From Raja brachyura (lineage: Eukaryota): a DNA stretch of 34,824 nt. A program made the position numbers and the translations under genes. Below, piece after piece: positions 29,021 through 34,824 of the stretch (positions within the stretch are counted from its first letter, which is position 1; every line of letters begins with the position of its first letter). The stretch covers positions 18,133,177-18,168,000 of the forward strand of contig OY740790.1 of assembly GCA_963514005.1 (NCBI GenBank), read 5' to 3'. The notes under the pieces are model-generated. The model was not told the origin of the DNA, did not search any database, and saw only the letters and a list, made by a program, of their open reading frames with translations.

Positions 29021-30430
29021 TTCCGTCTGGGGGGAGGAATGTGCACGAGCTGACCTACGGGATACAGACCATATGCGAGTAAGGGATACATCCCTGGCAA
29101 ACAGAGGGGAAACCGACATTTACTAAAGAAAGAGAACAGCTCTAATGTCCTAGTGGAAAATCTAATCTTGGGAGCCAATGCGGGGGAGACATGGAAATTG
29201 AGAACAGGGGATAGCTGCTTTGCAAAAGGCATGGGGGAGAACATGCAGTCCAGATAACTGTGAGAGTCCGTGGTTTATAGTAGGCATCAGTTGAAGGTCT
29301 GTTTCCTTTAATGGACGCAGAGAGGTCAAGAAAGGGGAAAGAGGTGAAAGAGATAGGCCAAGTGTAATTGGGGGCACGTGGAGATTAGTAGTAAGGTTAA
29401 TTAAATCATTGAGTTCTGCATGGGTGCAGAAAGCAGGCCCAATAATGCAAAGAGTTGGAGGATGGTACCAGCGTACGTTTGAAACATGGACCGTTCAATG
29501 TAACCAACAAGAAGACTGCCAAAGTTGGGCCCATGCAAGTGCCCATGGCTACACCTGGTGGGGAATGAGGGGTAAAGAGACTGGACATCAATGGTAAAGA
29601 TAAAAGGCCTGTCCCACTAAGGCGACCTTATTGGCAAGTTTAGGAGAGCTACAAGCTCGCAGCATGGTCGACACATGGTCGCAGGTGATCTCTGGTGAGT
29701 GTCCTTCATGGTCGAGAGGAGTTCCCGCATAGTGGTTACTACTCGCGGCCTCAGTATGGTTGTGGAAATTTTTTCAACAAGCTGAAAATTTTTCTGCGAG
29801 TAAAAATCAGTCGGCATGGAGAAAATGGATACTTTGAGGTCGTAGTGCAGTGGTAGTGGGGTCACCATGTCGTTGTTGGTAGTCGAGGTAGCCGTAGGTA
29901 ATCTCCTTTACTGACCGGGCATATTAGTTGGCTCATTGGGGAAACAAAAACGTAATCACGAGTTTTCAGAACCAAGGAAAACCGACTGGTAATGTTAAAT
30001 GCCCGCTAAACTTCACAGCTGTGTATCTCTGGCTTATTAAAAGTTGTCTGGCTTCTTAACAATGTCTCCACTCCTTCTTCTCCCCCCCCCCCACCCCGCT
30101 CTTTTAAAGGATTTACCGTACACTGTGCCAGCCGTCTTTAACCTTCCTGTTCATCGAGGGTGTCACCTTGGCTTTACACCGTAAATTTCAGACAGAGCTC
30201 CCCCACTTTCCCTGGCCCCCACTCTGTGAGTGTGTCTGCGTGTGTGTCTGCGCGTGTGTCTGCGTGTTGAGCACTGACGTCGATCCAGCTCGTGATTTTT
30301 CAGGCGAGTGCCCCCAAGCTTGAAGGTCGCAGTTTTCTGAAAAGTCGTGTAAGTGGGATAGGCCCTCAAGGCAATGGGGGCCGAGGAATTAAAAGTCATT
30401 GAAGTGTTCAAAAAGGACATTAAGGTGAAT
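29020..30430 (-). pseudogene. Degenerate Penelope RT fragment, split by the MITE at 29604-30366
   Basis: GVAMGTCMGP motif and nucleotide colinearity by eye with about 10000-10720, with many stops and frameshifts. Similarity resumes at 30367. Confidence 0.7.
29604..30366. mobile_element. PIF/Harbinger-like MITE
   Basis: TIRs AAGGCCTGTCCCACT and AGTGGGATAGGCCCT, with TAA/CAA flanks. Confidence 0.78.
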
Positions 30431-30547
30431 GCTCTATGGGCCCTAGGTTGTGATAACTTAATGAACTTATTGAAGATGATGGCAATAAAAATATGAACTG
30501 TCAGTTTCAGAGATATTGTGTCAAATGAATATCACAAATGATAGTAA

Positions 30548-30744
30548 GCATAAATATTGCTCTTAAACTTTCTAAATAATGTGTACAAAATGGCTCAAAA
30601 GATAAAAAGGCTTAAATTTAAAAATCCTAGAAATTGCTGAGAGTCTAATTCTCAGCAATTTCTAGGATTGTTTAATTTAAGGCTTTTTATCTTTTGAGGC
30701 ATTTATATACATTATTTAGAAAGTTTAAGAGCAATATTTAATGC
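30548..30744. repeat. Long AT-rich inverted repeat (about 95-bp arms, 7-nt spacer)
   Basis: TAAATATTGCTCTTAAACTTTCTAAATAATGT...AATCCTAGAAATTGCTGAGA gtctaat TCTCAGCAATTTCTAGGATT...ACATTATTTAGAAAGTTTAAGAGCAATATTTA. Confidence 0.92.
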
Positions 30745-30814
30745 AAGATAGTAATAATAGGCATTTAAAATGAAAAGAGCTCACAATAGATTAACATATG
30801 CATGTGTAGTCCTA

Positions 30815-31114
<300 letters not shown>

Positions 31115-31399
31115 TTATATTGTCTTAGAATAAGGATGGCTAAATAATGGCCATCGTACCGATGTACCAAGGTACCGATTGGCCATGATCTATCAGAATG
31201 GTCGAATAGACTCCTGGAGTTCATTATTCTGCTTTGATTCTGAGCGAATGGAAAGGCAAAATTTCTCAATATTTTTTTCCGTGGAGTTGAAGAAAAATAA
31301 TGCCTATTGAATCTAAAATGAACATACAGCAATGAGTGAAAGAACTTGGAATGAGACTGGTGCAGCTTTTACAACAATTATATAAGTATAGGGAAGTCA

Positions 31400-32314
<915 letters not shown>

Positions 32315-32523
32315 TATGTCTTCATGTTTTCCTCAGTTGAGCACTTTGTTTTTAGTCAGTTCTCATTTTAAATTAGAATCAGATTCACCACATAATCACT
32401 TGGCAACAATCATTATTACTAAATATTTTGATTATTTGACATCCTTAATTTACATTAAAACTTTTAAAAAATGCCCCACCACAATATTTTCAGTTTCAAG
32501 TTCACTTTACTTTTGTAACTTAC

Positions 32524-32582
32524 TTCCATTCCTTCAAAAGGAGGTGGGTCTTTCAGCTTGCCAATCTTTTTTTCTTGTTTTT
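32524..32582 (-). CDS. KIFAP3: KIFAP3 internal exon (approx. human exon 4 equivalent), 59 nt
   Basis: The minus strand reads cctttttag|AA AAA CAA GAA...GAA GGA ATG GAA|gtaagt, giving (x)KQEKKIGKLKDPPPFEGME. This matches the KAP3 motif KDPPPFEGME and has canonical AG/GT ends. It is not in the ORF track. Confidence 0.93.
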
Positions 32583-33607
32583 CTAAAAAGGACAAGAGTA
32601 CATATTTTATGCCAAAGACAAATATTTGCAATGGTTCAATCCATAAGAGTAGGCAACACTTTGCTTAAAAGAAAACAGGAAATGCTGGAAACATTCAGCA
32701 GGTCTGACAACATTTGTGGGGGAAAAAAAGTTTATATTTCAGGCGCAGGACCTTTCCTCAGAACAGGGAAAAGGAGAAAACAAGTTCAGTTGTGGGCAGC
32801 AGGAAAACATAGGGATAAGGATAAGAACAACAAAGGGAATATCACCAATTGTTTGGTGAAGTTCATGTTATGATTTTATTTTAAGGATTACTAGAGAATA
32901 TGCACTTTGTCAGGTTATTTAATCCTCTATATTATGAATAATTATTATTTCAATAAGGAATGTACAAATGAGCCAGATATTTCTTAAGAACATATCAAAG
33001 TTTCATGATACCAATGGAAAATGTTCCACAGAATGGGTTTGTTTCCGATGCACGTGGAAATTTCAATGGAAACAAATGAGAGGTCAAACATTTTGGACAA
33101 AAGGGAAAGAACCAAAGATTATTTTCAAAATGACATTATTTTTTAAATGGCATGCATGAGTTAGTAAGAATTTATTTTCCATAATGACATTTTGTCTTTG
33201 GGGTTTTAAAGAAAGCATGCTACCACAATTCATCATTTTTTTTTCCTCATTCTGGTTTATGTTAAACTTGCAAGCTCAAATTACAAACAACTATTAGTAA
33301 TTCATAATCGTGACATTTGAATTTAGGAAATTAATTGCCCAATTATAATTGTTGCAAGATTTAATTCACTATCTGTGAAATATTCTACGACCAATGAAGG
33401 TCCAAAGACATCAAGGGGTCAATATTGTTGGTCAATCAATTTTCATGAACAGGTACTGAAAAAAAAATAATCATGAAAGCCAAACATAGAAGGCCTACTT
33501 CAGTAATAATAAAGTAGACTTAGAACTAGAGAACTATTAGACTACATCTCATGATTAAACCACTCTTGGAACACAGAAAATTATTCTATGCACTGGAACA
33601 TAGGAAG

Positions 33608-33729
33608 AAGGGTTTCGACCCGAAACGTCACCCATTCTTTCTCTCCAGAGATGCTGTCTGTCCCGCTGAGTTATTCCAGCATTTTGTGTCTATCTTTGAT
33701 TTAAACCAGCATCTGCAGTTCTTTCCTAC
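33608..33729 (+). mobile_element. Short Penelope terminal-repeat insertion
   Basis: AAGGGTTTCGACCCGAAACGTCACCC...GCATCTGCAGTTC, with ACATAGGAAG on both sides (33598-33607 and 33730-33739). Confidence 0.82.
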
Positions 33730-33824
33730 ACATAGGAAGGATGCGACCATCCTTGAAAGGGAAACAGGAGAAATTAAAGAAACTGGGGCTACTGAAATTT
33801 AGAGGATAATTCTGACTCTCAAGC

Positions 33825-34824
33825 AGGCAAGTGCCGTCAGGGTAGGCAAGGTAGGCACTGCCTACCCTGACTAAAATTATAACATAGTAATAACTAAATT
33901 TAAATAATAAAAGCATGGGAGAATTATGCCATGGGAGATCGATCTCTTAGGTAGGCATAATTCTCCGTGCCTTTCATCCGTAGCGCTTGTAACACGGGAA
34001 GCTCTGTGCAGCCCACGTGCCGTCAGCGCTGCCTGAAGCCGTCACTTTGAAGCGGGGATGAAGGCAGCAGAAATTCTGCATTTGCTGTACTGCGCATGCG
34101 CATCAGTGTACTGCGCATGCGCAGCGCAAGTTTCTTGGCGGGGTTTTCAAAGATGGTTTGTCAATATTTTAAGTGTATATTAGGTAACAAAAAGAGAAGA
34201 ATGGAGTTTGTGTACCAATAATGTGGTAAGTACATTTTGTGTTTATGTTTTTAAATACTGTATTTCCCGGGGTGCGGGAGTGGGGGGGGGGAGAGCTCCT
34301 TTCACAGCGTTTGGGGAGTCTGGCTTGGAGTAAAGTTGCGGGGAGGGCACAAATGTTATGAATGAGGGGATTGGGATAATGCCACTTGCGACGCTCCTTG
34401 CACGGAGGCGTACAATGCCACCGCATTGAGGACGTGGGGTGGGGGTGGGGGGGGGGGTGAGAGAAGTAGCTCGGGTGGTTGAGCGGCCGCCGGGCCGGAC
34501 AGCGGAACCAGCCGCCACATTAGCTCCTTCTGCAGTCCCCGCTCACCTCTGGCAGCTCTCCATCTAAAAACCTCTCTCCTGCCTCTCGCTGGCCTCACTC
34601 ATGTTCTTAAATTCCGACAGCGCGATGAGGGTCTGAAGAAGGGTCTCGACCCAAAACGTCGCCTATCTCCTTTGCTCCTTAGATGCTGCTGCACCTGCTG
34701 AGTTTCTCCAGCTTTTTGTATAACCCACAGCGCAATTGAGGTTACTCGGCTGTGGGAATTTAAGGATTTGCAGGAAGCCGCTGACATGAGCTAAGTCGGC
34801 GAACGGCAGGTGACAGGTGTTCCG
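33825..34824. mobile_element. Probable DNA-transposon-derived, CpG-rich segment (runs off the window)
   Basis: Shift to GC/CpG-rich sequence beginning with the palindromic GTCAGGGTAGGCA...TGCCTACCCTGAC. No partner terminus or transposase is visible. Confidence 0.35.
34633..34726 (+). mobile_element. Short Penelope terminal-repeat insertion (GAAA box mutated to AAAA)
   Basis: CTGAAGAAGGGTCTCGACCCAAAACGTC...TAACCC, with imperfect direct repeats ACAGCGCGATGAGG and ACAGCGCAATTGAGG. Confidence 0.82.

Overview
Eukaryotic, repeat-rich vertebrate DNA, most likely from a cartilaginous fish (skate/ray/shark; inferred from the HE1/V-SINE, CR1 and Penelope repeat types). The only host gene is KIFAP3 (kinesin-associated protein 3, KAP3) on the minus strand. 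Seven internal exons (59+142+100+125+99+179+163 nt = 867 nt) splice in frame. One intron (24458-27940) is a minor-spliceosome U12-type AT-AC intron. The introns are packed with nested mobile DNA: (1) a young, 5'-truncated Penelope-like element (RT + GIY-YIG, uninterrupted ORF, 13-bp TSD) inserted into a Rex1/Babar-type LINE; (2) about a dozen short insertions of the Penelope terminal repeat, several carrying a minimal hammerhead-ribozyme core (CUGAAGA-stem II-GAAACGUC); (3) a head-to-tail array of non-autonomous Helitron-like units; (4) PIF/Harbinger-like MITEs, CR1 fragments and a V-SINE. There are also several unexplained fold-back structures. I cannot demonstrate a wholly new system. The best candidates are the ribozyme-bearing mini-elements in the KIFAP3 pre-mRNA and the Helitron-like array. 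All family assignments come from reading motifs; no database search was run.
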